Assembly: GCA_038234785.1 (NCBI GenBank)
Contig: JBBQTC010000004.1
Location: 20,173 to 84,172 of the forward strand
DNA length: 64,000 bases
Direction: 5' to 3'
Source of the DNA: Acidimicrobiales bacterium
Lineage (GTDB): Bacteria > Actinomycetota > Acidimicrobiia > Acidimicrobiales > Ilumatobacteraceae
Shown: one piece after another, positions 18,400 to 25,965 of the stretch
How positions within the stretch are numbered: position 1 is the first letter of the stretch
Layout: every line of letters begins with the position of its first letter
The notes under the pieces: generated by a model
The model's input: the letters and a program-made list of their open reading frames with translations, nothing else
Told to the model about the DNA's origin: nothing
The model's database searches: none
Made by a program: the position numbers and the translations under genes

Positions 18400-19542
18400 T
18401 CAGCCGATCTCGAGCGTGTCGAGCTGGGCGAGCGCCTTGGTGGCCAGTTCAGCCGGCAGCGGTGCGTAGTTGACGTCACCGGCGATGGCCTGTCCATCGG
18501 TGAGGATGTAGTTCAGGAACGCCTTGATGGCATCGCCCTTGGCGGCATCCGGCTGGACCTTGTAGATGATGATCCAGGTCGGCGAGGTGATCGGGTAGGC
18601 GGCTTCACCGTCGGCCCACAGCGGGCTGTAGGTGAGGTCGTCGTTGATCGTCGCGCCGCCGGCGGCGGCCGAGGCACCGTCGAGCGTGGGCTCGACGAAC
18701 TTGCCGGCCTTGTTCTGCACGGCTGCGGTCGACAGACCAGCGTCAGTGGCGTCGGAGAGATCGACGTACCCGATGGCACCGTTGGTGGAGCTGATGATCT
18801 GTGCCACGCCACCGTTGCCTTCACCGGCCTGGGTGTCGGCAGGCCACTCGACCGTGCTGTCGGTGCCGAGCTTCCACTCGCCGGTCGCACTCGCGCCGAC
18901 CGACAGTTCGAGAAACTTGGTGAAGTTGCCGGTGGTGCCGCTGGAGTCGCTGCGGTGGGCAACGGTGATCGACTGGTCGGGCAGCGTCGCGTCGGGGTTG
19001 TCGGCTGCGATGGCCGGATCGTTCCAGTTGGTGATCTCGCGCTGGAAGATCATGGCGATGGTTGCCGGGCTCAACTGCAGTGCATCGACACCGCTGAGGT
19101 TGTAGGCAACGGTGATCGGGGCGACCACGGTCGGGAAGTAGAGGACGTCGCCGCCCTTGTAGCCGGCCTTGTCGGCATCCTTGATCAGCGAGTCGGTACC
19201 CGCCCAGTCGACGATCTGGTCGGCGAGGTCCTGCTTGCCCTTGCCCGAGCCGCCGCCGGCGTAGTTGATCGTGACGCCGGAGTTGTCGGCGGTGAAGGCT
19301 GCGATCGCCTCCTCGTTGAAGGTCTTCTGGAAGGTGGAGCCGGAGCCGTTCAGTTCGGCTTCGAGCTTCATGGCCTCCGTGGTGGGGACAGTGGTGTCGG
19401 GCACCATGGCGGTGGCGTCGGTCCCCGCTGTGGTGGTGGGGGCATCGGTGGTGCTCGACGACGAGTCGCTACCGCACGCGGCGGCGACGAGGGTCATGGA
19501 GACGAGACCGGCGAGTACGAGTCGCCGTTTGCTGTTGTTCAC
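18400..19542 (-). CDS. pstS: Phosphate-binding lipoprotein PstS
   Basis: GTG start with AGGAG 9 nt upstream. Lipobox LVAAAC plus an S/T linker. PstS-like body (SGSTFQ..., GGGSGKG). Confidence 0.9.
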   Translation of the reverse strand: MNNSKRRLVLAGLVSMTLVAAACGSDSSSSTTDAPTTTAGTDATAMVPDTTVPTTEAMKLEAELNGSGSTFQKTFNEEAIAAFTADNSGVTINYAGGGSGKGKQDLADQIVDWAGTDSLIKDADKAGYKGGDVLYFPTVVAPITVAYNLSGVDALQLSPATIAMIFQREITNWNDPAIAADNPDATLPDQSITVAHRSDSSGTTGNFTKFLELSVGASATGEWKLGTDSTVEWPADTQAGEGNGGVAQIISSTNGAIGYVDLSDATDAGLSTAAVQNKAGKFVEPTLDGASAAAGGATINDDLTYSPLWADGEAAYPITSPTWIIIYKVQPDAAKGDAIKAFLNYILTDGQAIAGDVNYAPLPAELATKALAQLDTLEIG

Positions 19543-19617
19543 GATTTTGGCTCCTGTTGGGACGTGGATGTATCAACAGGCGGCACGGTAGAGAACCCAG
19601 ATGACCCGAAAGCCGAG

Positions 19618-19650
19618 CAGGAGTGAACGGACGATGAACGAACGGCCAAC
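19618..19650 (-). promoter_or_regulatory. Candidate PHO box: three 11-nt direct repeat units upstream of pstS
   Basis: Minus strand reads GTTGGCCGTTC GTTCATCGTCC GTTCACTCCTG. The GTTCA cores are exactly 11 nt apart, 76-108 nt upstream of the pstS start. Confidence 0.5.
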
Positions 19651-19660
19651 AGCCGACGAA

Positions 19661-21706
19661 TCAGGCTCGTTGCCGTTCGTTCACCCACCGATGGAAGCGC
19701 TCCTGGGCGTCGCCACGTCCGAACTCGGCAGGGCCGCGGCGGTGCCACACACCATCGGCATCGAGCTCGTGGCGGACGATGTCGTCAGCCATGTCGAACT
19801 CGATCACCTGGTCCAACCAGGCGCGATGCTTCGGATGCACCACCGGCACGAGCACCTCGATGCGGCGATCGAGGTTGCGCTCCATCCAGTCGGCGCTGCC
19901 GATCAGGAACAGGGGGGCATCGTCCTCCCCGTGCTCGAAGCGAACGATGCGTGAATGCTCGAGATACCGGCCAAGGATGCTGCGGACCTTCACGTTCTCG
20001 CTGAGTCCCGGCACACCGGGGCGCAGACAGCAGATGCCCCGGGTGATGAGGTCGATGCGGACACCCGCCTGGCTCGCCCGGTACAGCGCCTCGACCATGT
20101 CGGCGTCGGCGAGCGAGTTGAGCTTGGCGGTGATGTGACCGTCGGCGCCGAAGGTCATCTCGTGCTCGATCAGGTCGACGAGTTGGGTACGCAGCTCGCG
20201 TGGCGCGACCAGCAGCGACTGGAACTCGACAGCCCGGCTGTAGCCGGTGAGATGGTTGAACAACTGGGTGACGTCGGCACCCACCTCGGGATCGCAGGTG
20301 AGGAACCCGACGTCCTCGTAGAGGCGGGCCGTCTTGGAGTTGTAGTTCCCGGTCCCGATGTGGCAGTAGCGACGCAACCCGTCCTCGTCCTGGCGGACCA
20401 CCAGCACGCACTTGGCGTGGATCTTGAGACCGACCAGCCCGTAGACCACGTGGACGCCTGCCCGCTCGAGCATTCGTGCCCAGCCCACGTTGGTGGCCTC
20501 GTCGAAGCGAGCCTTGAGCTCCACGAGCACCGCGACCTGCACGCCGCGCTCGGCAGCGCGGATCAGGCTGCGAACGATCGCACTGTCGCCGCCGGCGCGG
20601 TACATCGTCATCTTGATGCTCTGCACCCGTTGGTCGTCGGCCGCCTGGGAGATGAAGTTCTCCACGCTGCTGGCGAAGCTCTCGTACGGGTGGTGGACCA
20701 TCAACGCTCGCTCGCGGATCACCGAGAAGATGCTGCGGTCCTGGGCCTCGGCCCGATGGATGCGGCCGGCGGTGACGGGCGGCCACGGCGGGTCCTTGAG
20801 ATCGGGCAAGTCCAGCCCGAGCAGTTGGAACATGCAGGTGAGGTCCAGCGGACCGCGGTGCTGCGACACGTCGGTCTCGTCGACATCGAGCTCGCGAACG
20901 AGGAGTTCGAGCATCTCGGGACTGATGCCTTGCTGCACCTCGAGGCGTACGGCCCGACCGAATCGACGGCGGCGCAGTTCGAGTTCGACCGCGGCCAACA
21001 GGTCGTCGGCCTCCTCGTCCTCCAGTGTCAGGTCGGCGTTCCGAGTGACGCGGAAGAACGCATGCTCCTCGACCACCATCCCCACGAACAACTGGTGCAA
21101 CTGGGCGGCGATGATCTGCTCGACCGGGACGAACCGTCGGCCGTCGGGCAACGCGACGAGCCGCGGGAACACGTTGGGCACCTTCACTCTCGCGAATCGT
21201 CGCTCGCCTGTGTCGGGGTCGCTGACCATCGCAGCCAGGTTGAGCGCCAGGTTCGAGATGTACGGGAAGGGGTGTGCCGGATCGACCGCAAGAGGGGTGA
21301 GGACCGGGAACACCCGTTGCTCGAAGAACGCCACCAGGTACAGGTGATCGTGGGTGGAGAGGTCGGCCCAGTCCACGACATGGACTCCCCGGTCGGCCAG
21401 CTTGGGCATGATGTCGTCGAGCGCCATCGCTTCCTGCTCACGGACGAACGTGGCCACCATTGCGCCGATCGCGTCGAGTTGCGCCTGCGGTGAGAGCCCG
21501 TCGGGCGCCTGGGTGCTGAGCCCGGCGGCGACCTGGTCCTTGAGCGCCGCCACACGCACCTGGAAGAACTCGTCGAGGTTCGCCGAGGTGATCGCGCAGA
21601 ACTTGAGCCGTTCGAGGAGCGGGATGCCACCCTCCTGCGCGAGTGACAACACCCGACGATTGAACGCAAGCCAACTCAGCTCACGGTTCAGCAATCGTTC
21701 GGACAT
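19661..21706 (-). CDS. ppk: Polyphosphate kinase 1
   Basis: MSERLLNRELSWLAFNRRVL...ERLKFCAI.SANLDEFF; full-length (681 aa) with HKD-type C-terminal domains (KIHAK, GSADWMERN). Confidence 0.93.
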   Translation of the reverse strand: MSERLLNRELSWLAFNRRVLSLAQEGGIPLLERLKFCAITSANLDEFFQVRVAALKDQVAAGLSTQAPDGLSPQAQLDAIGAMVATFVREQEAMALDDIMPKLADRGVHVVDWADLSTHDHLYLVAFFEQRVFPVLTPLAVDPAHPFPYISNLALNLAAMVSDPDTGERRFARVKVPNVFPRLVALPDGRRFVPVEQIIAAQLHQLFVGMVVEEHAFFRVTRNADLTLEDEEADDLLAAVELELRRRRFGRAVRLEVQQGISPEMLELLVRELDVDETDVSQHRGPLDLTCMFQLLGLDLPDLKDPPWPPVTAGRIHRAEAQDRSIFSVIRERALMVHHPYESFASSVENFISQAADDQRVQSIKMTMYRAGGDSAIVRSLIRAAERGVQVAVLVELKARFDEATNVGWARMLERAGVHVVYGLVGLKIHAKCVLVVRQDEDGLRRYCHIGTGNYNSKTARLYEDVGFLTCDPEVGADVTQLFNHLTGYSRAVEFQSLLVAPRELRTQLVDLIEHEMTFGADGHITAKLNSLADADMVEALYRASQAGVRIDLITRGICCLRPGVPGLSENVKVRSILGRYLEHSRIVRFEHGEDDAPLFLIGSADWMERNLDRRIEVLVPVVHPKHRAWLDQVIEFDMADDIVRHELDADGVWHRRGPAEFGRGDAQERFHRWVNERQRA

Positions 21707-21732
21707 CGCAACGACATTATCGAGCGGGCGGA

Positions 21733-21996
21733 TCAGCCTTCGGCCTCAGGGATTCCGAGGTCCCACTCCAGGGTGATGCGCTCGCGCTCGGCGTCGCGCA
21801 GGATGCGCTCGCGGTTGCGGCGGAACTGGGGGTCATCGCGGGGCAGCAGCACCAGTCGGGCCAGCACTCGAGCGCGGAAGTCCTCGAGAATGGAGCGGTC
21901 GCCGTAGTCCCCGTAGACCTCCCAGTGGGGGGACACCGGTCCGAGATACACGATGCGTGCGTGGGCCCGCGGCGGCTCGATAACGATGTCGGTCAT
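21733..21996 (-). CDS. Small hypothetical protein (87 aa)
   Basis: ATG at 21996 with AGGAG about 8 nt upstream. Codon usage is consistent with neighbouring genes. No family recognised. The track ORF to 22350 is an extension. Confidence 0.5.
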   Translation of the reverse strand: MTDIVIEPPRAHARIVYLGPVSPHWEVYGDYGDRSILEDFRARVLARLVLLPRDDPQFRRNRERILRDAERERITLEWDLGIPEAEG

Positions 21997-22288
21997 GTTG
22001 AAGTCTCCTGCCGGTTCGGCTCGCCCGTTGGTGCGGCGAGACGGCCCACGGAGTCTAGCGGGGGGTCCGCCCCGAACCGGAGGGTCCCTGCACAGAGCGA
22101 TTTTTCGCCGCGCGCGCGGGAATTTCTGACGACTCGTGGTAGACCATTTCAAGTTCGGGAACCAATACCCATCGAGCAACGTCTGTTCTCTCAGCGGTGT
22201 GGCGGTTCGTCGAACTCCTTCGGGCTCGTGCGGGCGCACACCCCCAGGCTGCGATTCCCCCATCGCGGCACACAAGGAGACGCACCAC

Positions 22289-22555
22289 ATGTACACGAAC
22301 ACCTCTGTCCCTGACAGCGATTCCGCCACGGCGTGGATGGCCGATGGCAACTGCCGGAACTATCCGCCGGCGGTGTTCTTCCCCAGCGATGGCGTCGGCG
22401 TGGACCGTGCGCGCAAGATCTGCAACGCCGATTGCCCCGTCGCCGCGCAGTGCCTGGAGTACGCCCTCGAGCACCGCATCGAGCACGGCGTATGGGGCGG
22501 ATGCAGCGAGCGCGAGCGTCGCCGCATCCTGAAGCGTCGCAAAGTCACGACCTGA
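22289..22555 (+). CDS. WhiB-family (Wbl) transcription factor, atypical Cys spacing
   Basis: ATG at 22289 with AAGGAGA upstream. Reads C..x..ICNADCPVAAQC...GVWGGCSERERRRI. G[VI]WGG turn and basic tail are present. Confidence 0.85.
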   Translation: MYTNTSVPDSDSATAWMADGNCRNYPPAVFFPSDGVGVDRARKICNADCPVAAQCLEYALEHRIEHGVWGGCSERERRRILKRRKVTT

Positions 22556-22590
22556 CGCGGGACCTGACCCACGACACGGCCTGAGACGCG

Positions 22591-22791
22591 TCAGTCGTCG
22601 TTCTTGGACTCGGCCGACTTGGCCGCTTCCTTCTGCCCGTCGGACAGGCCGTCCTTGAATTCCTTCTGGGCCTTGCCGATGTTCTTGGCCAGCTTGGGCA
22701 GTTGCGCCCCGCCGAACAGCAACAACACGACGAGCAGGACGATGCCGATCTCGGCAGGTGAGTCGAACAATCCAGCGATCATGGGCGTCAC
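22591..22791 (-). CDS. tatA: Twin-arginine translocase subunit TatA/E
   Basis: GTG start with AGGGA upstream. EIGIVLLVVLLLFGGAQLPKLAKNIGKAQKEFK is the canonical TatA helix-hinge-amphipathic helix. Confidence 0.85.
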   Translation of the reverse strand: MTPMIAGLFDSPAEIGIVLLVVLLLFGGAQLPKLAKNIGKAQKEFKDGLSDGQKEAAKSAESKNDD

Positions 22792-22854
22792 ACTATCCCT
22801 GTCTCGTGGAGAATGCCCGCCACGTCGGCACGATTGCCGGTCACGGCCCGAAGG

Positions 22855-23124
22855 TCAGGCGATCGTGCGGCGAGCCGCTTGGGCGCGCTGACGGCGCAGG
22901 CGACGGCGCTCACGCTCGGACAGTCCGCCCCAGATCCCGAACTTCTCGCCGTTGACCAACGCGTATTCGAGGCAGTCGAGGCGCACCACGCAGCCGCGGC
23001 ACACTTCCTTTGCTTCCCTGGTGGACGCACCCCGTTCGGGGAAGAACAGATCGGGGTCGACCCCGAGGCAGTTCGCCTCGTCCTGCCAGTTCCCCTTCGG
23101 CTCCGTGTTCAGTTCGATGTGCAT
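22855..23124 (-). CDS. WhiB-family (Wbl) transcription factor, canonical CX2CX5C
   Basis: ATG at 23124 (MHIELN) is preceded by GGGAGG at 8 nt; the track start at 23145 would contain that RBS. Reads ANCLGVDPDLFFPERG...VCRGCVVRLDCLEYAL...FGIWGGLSERERRRL. Confidence 0.88.
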   Translation of the reverse strand: MHIELNTEPKGNWQDEANCLGVDPDLFFPERGASTREAKEVCRGCVVRLDCLEYALVNGEKFGIWGGLSERERRRLRRQRAQAARRTIA

Positions 23125-23169
23125 GCGGGCGGCCTCCCTGCGCATAGGCCCGTCGAGATGTCGAGATCC

Positions 23170-23195
23170 GACACCCCTGTAATTACATGGGTGTC
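23170..23195. promoter_or_regulatory. 26-nt near-perfect palindrome (12/13 pairs) with an AT-rich core, 46 nt upstream of the whiB start
   Basis: GACACCCCTGTAA|TTACATGGGTGTC. The core TGTAATTACA is a perfect 10-mer palindrome and contains TGTAAT (-10-like) on both strands. Confidence 0.45.
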
Positions 23196-23267
23196 ATTGT
23201 CCCCTATCACATCACCTTCGCGCAAGGGGGGATTTCTTGACGTTCTTGACGAGGCAGTTCGCGCGAT

Positions 23268-25286
23268 TCACGCCGACCGTCGGCCACCCCGCCCGCGTGC
23301 CAGCTGCCGCTTGTGTTCGATGAAGTCGACGAGCACGTAATCGCCCAATGTCTCTGGGCTGGTGAAGAACGCCCGACCGCGGTTCACGGCGGTGAGCTGC
23401 TCCACGAACGACTTCAGTCCGTAGTCCGCGTCGAGCATGAACGTGTTGATCCGAATGCCCTCGCGCGTACACCGGGCCGCCTCACGGAGCGTGGCTTCGA
23501 TGGTCTCCTGGACGGGCGGGTAGTTGAAGAACACCTCACCCCGAGGCGTGATGTGAGCGGTCGGCTCGCCGTCGGTGATCATGATGATCTGCTTCGTCCC
23601 GCTCTGGCGGGCCAACATCTGACGGGCGAGCGTGAACCCGTGGTGCATGTTGGTGCCGTAGGCGAAGTCCCAGCTCACTTCTGGAAGCTGGGCTGCGGTC
23701 AGTGGATACGCGGTCTCGCTGAACCCCACGAGCCCCATGTAGTCGCGCGGGAACTGCGACGTGATCAACGCGTGCAGCGCCATGGCCACCTTCTTGGCCG
23801 GAAGGAAGTTGTCGCGCATCGGCATGCTCATCGACAGGTCGAGCATCAACACCGTGGACGACCGGGTGAGGTGTTCGGTGCGCTCGATCTCGAAATCCTC
23901 CGGCGCGAGCTGCACCGGGGTCGCCGGGCCGTTGCGCTGGATCGCGTTGCGAAGGGTGCGCTGCAGGTCGAGTTGGAACGGATCGCCGTATTCGTACTGC
24001 TTGGTCTCGTAGGTGCGCTCGTGGCCGTAGCCGAGCCTGCTGGTCTGGTGTTGCCCGTTCTTGTCCTTGGCCAACTTGGTGAACAGGTCGCGCAGGGAGT
24101 TGTTGCCGATCTTGCGCAGGCCGCGAGGCGTCAGCTCCAGGCGGCCTTCCTTCTGCTGGATCAGGCCGGACTCCTCGAGCATCTTGGTGAGTTCGGCGAG
24201 GCGCTCGAGTGAGTTGGCCGCGTCGTCACCCATCAGGTCGCGCACGCGGTCCATGTCGGCCTCGGCCAACGCCGCGGGGTTGGTCGCGTTGCGCATGAGG
24301 TTCTCGAGCTGGTCGAGCTCGCCGAGCTCTTGCATCATCTGCATCGCCTGACCCATGCCCATCGGGTCCTGGCCCTGGAAGTCGTAGGACTGTCCCCACC
24401 CCTGCTGCGGGAACATCTGCTGCAGATTTCGACCGAGCTGGTCCATCTGCCAGCGCAGGTCCATGTCGTCGAGCAGTTGGTCGCTGAGCTGTTGCAGCTG
24501 AGCGCGCTGCTCGGGCGACATCGAGTTCATCATCGCCTGCATCGCCGCCATGCGCTGGGCCATCTGCTCCAGCAGTTCCTCGAGCGTCTCGGGGTTCTCG
24601 GGGAAGAAATCGCCGTACTCCTGCATGAACTGCTCGAAGCCGGGGTCCTCACCCTGCTGCTGACGCTCGATCATCTCGTTGAGCGCCGCCATCATGTCCT
24701 TCATACGCTGCATGGCCTCGGGGGTCATGTCCTGCATCGCCGACGACATCTGATCGACCGTCTGCTGCATCAACTGCTGACGGAGCTGATCCATCAACTG
24801 CTCGAAACGCTGTCGCGCCTCCGCGCTCTCGAAGTCGTAGGCGGAGAGCTCGCGCACCTTGCCGGCCAGATCGGGCGGCATCATGTCGAGCCGGAAGTTG
24901 CGTTCGGAAGCGGCGTCGCGAGCGTGCTCGGCGCGTCGCTCGTCGCCGCTGCGCTCCGCGTCGGCGGTGGCGTTCTCGATGGCGTGGCGTTCCTCGTCGA
25001 TGATGTCGTCGAGCTGGTCGGCGATCTCCTGGTACACACCACCGAGGTCGTGTTGGTCGAGCCGCTCCTGACGCTGCTGGCGAAGTTGCTCCATCAGCTC
25101 GCGAAGACCCTTCACCTGCTCGCCGTTGCGGTCACGCATGCCCTGCTGCATGAGACGACGCAGCGCGGCGTTGACGTCGCCGTGGTACAGCAGGTCGTCG
25201 GTGAGCTCCTCGAAGAGGCTGTCGGCGTCGAGGTCGAACCCCTTCTGGGTGCCGTCCCAGCGCGAGTACGTGAACCGGTTGACCAT
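23268..25286 (-). CDS. VWA-domain protein with a long Q/E/M-rich coiled-coil region (COG4867-like)
   Basis: N-terminus MVNRFTYSRWDGTQ. Central low-complexity coiled coil. C-terminal VWA with an intact MIDAS (LMLDLSMSM ... IIMITDGEPT). Confidence 0.85.
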   Translation of the reverse strand: MVNRFTYSRWDGTQKGFDLDADSLFEELTDDLLYHGDVNAALRRLMQQGMRDRNGEQVKGLRELMEQLRQQRQERLDQHDLGGVYQEIADQLDDIIDEERHAIENATADAERSGDERRAEHARDAASERNFRLDMMPPDLAGKVRELSAYDFESAEARQRFEQLMDQLRQQLMQQTVDQMSSAMQDMTPEAMQRMKDMMAALNEMIERQQQGEDPGFEQFMQEYGDFFPENPETLEELLEQMAQRMAAMQAMMNSMSPEQRAQLQQLSDQLLDDMDLRWQMDQLGRNLQQMFPQQGWGQSYDFQGQDPMGMGQAMQMMQELGELDQLENLMRNATNPAALAEADMDRVRDLMGDDAANSLERLAELTKMLEESGLIQQKEGRLELTPRGLRKIGNNSLRDLFTKLAKDKNGQHQTSRLGYGHERTYETKQYEYGDPFQLDLQRTLRNAIQRNGPATPVQLAPEDFEIERTEHLTRSSTVLMLDLSMSMPMRDNFLPAKKVAMALHALITSQFPRDYMGLVGFSETAYPLTAAQLPEVSWDFAYGTNMHHGFTLARQMLARQSGTKQIIMITDGEPTAHITPRGEVFFNYPPVQETIEATLREAARCTREGIRINTFMLDADYGLKSFVEQLTAVNRGRAFFTSPETLGDYVLVDFIEHKRQLARGRGGRRSA

Positions 25287-25360
25287 GGGCGAACGCTACA
25301 ACCACACCAGACGATGTGCGCCAGCGCGGCGCAACACCGATGAACGCTGCGTTGCAGGCT

Positions 25361-25376
25361 TGTGAATACAATCACG
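25361..25376. promoter_or_regulatory. CRP/GlxR-like site TGTGA-N6-TCACG
   Basis: TGTGAATACAATCACG matches 9 of the 10 conserved positions of TGTGA-N6-TCACA. It sits in an AT-rich divergent intergenic region, 31 nt upstream of the cyclase start and 75 nt upstream of the VWA gene start. Confidence 0.4.
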
Positions 25377-25406
25377 ATTGCCCCCGTACGGTGGTACATT
25401 CAACAC

Positions 25407-25958
25407 ATGCGCGTACCCCGTACGTTCGCGTTCGTCGACCTTTCCGGTTTCACGAACTACACCGCAGCCTTCGGCGACGATGCCGCCGGTCGCTTGCTGA
25501 GCGCGTTCCGTTCGCTCACGCGAGAGATCGCCAGTGAGCGCGGCGTCCGAATTGCGAAGTGGTTGGGAGACGGCTGCATGATCGTCTCCGTCGACCAGGA
25601 GGCATGCATCGCGTTCGCACTCGAGCTCGAGCACCGATCCGCCGAGATCTGCGCTCCGCTCACCCTCCGCGTGGGAATGGCGACCGGCCACGCGCTGCTC
25701 TTCGAGGGCGACGACTACATCGGCTCGGCGGTCAACATGGCCGCCCGCCTCTGCGACATCGCGGGGCCGTACGAGGTGCTGTTGCCGACGATGCAGATCG
25801 AGCGGCTGCCCGAGGGTGTCGAGACCACCTCGCAGCGCGACATCGAGCTGCGCGGGTTCCCCGGACACATCAATGTCGTCGAGCTGAGTGGCCGGCCCGT
25901 CCTCGCGGCCAGCAACGACACCGGCGAGCTGTGGACCCGCACGCCGTTCAACGTTTGA
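25407..25958 (+). CDS. Minimal class III adenylate/guanylate cyclase (catalytic domain only, about 183 aa)
   Basis: ATG at 25407. FAFVDLSGFT (metal Asp), KWLGDGCMIV (Lys and second Asp), IGSAVNMAARL (Asn/Arg). No sensor or TM domain. Confidence 0.8.
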   Translation: MRVPRTFAFVDLSGFTNYTAAFGDDAAGRLLSAFRSLTREIASERGVRIAKWLGDGCMIVSVDQEACIAFALELEHRSAEICAPLTLRVGMATGHALLFEGDDYIGSAVNMAARLCDIAGPYEVLLPTMQIERLPEGVETTSQRDIELRGFPGHINVVELSGRPVLAASNDTGELWTRTPFNV

Positions 25959-25965
25959 CCCGTAC

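Noticed and set aside
19553-19580. A 7-bp inverted repeat (CCTGTTG ... CAACAGG) in the pstS leader whose downstream arm abuts the AGGAG ribosome-binding site.
   Set aside because: A 7-bp stem with a 14-nt loop is short enough to arise by chance many times in 64 kb, and I have no supporting evidence. It is only worth revisiting if the leader proves to be structured in probing data.
22100-22288. Promoter-like hexamers and a possible upstream small ORF in the 292-nt region upstream of the first whiB gene.
   Set aside because: No -35/-10 pair with acceptable spacing could be identified confidently by eye. The overlapping track ORFs (21925..22314, 22055..22486, 22136..22288) have junk-like composition. 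Transcript mapping is needed.
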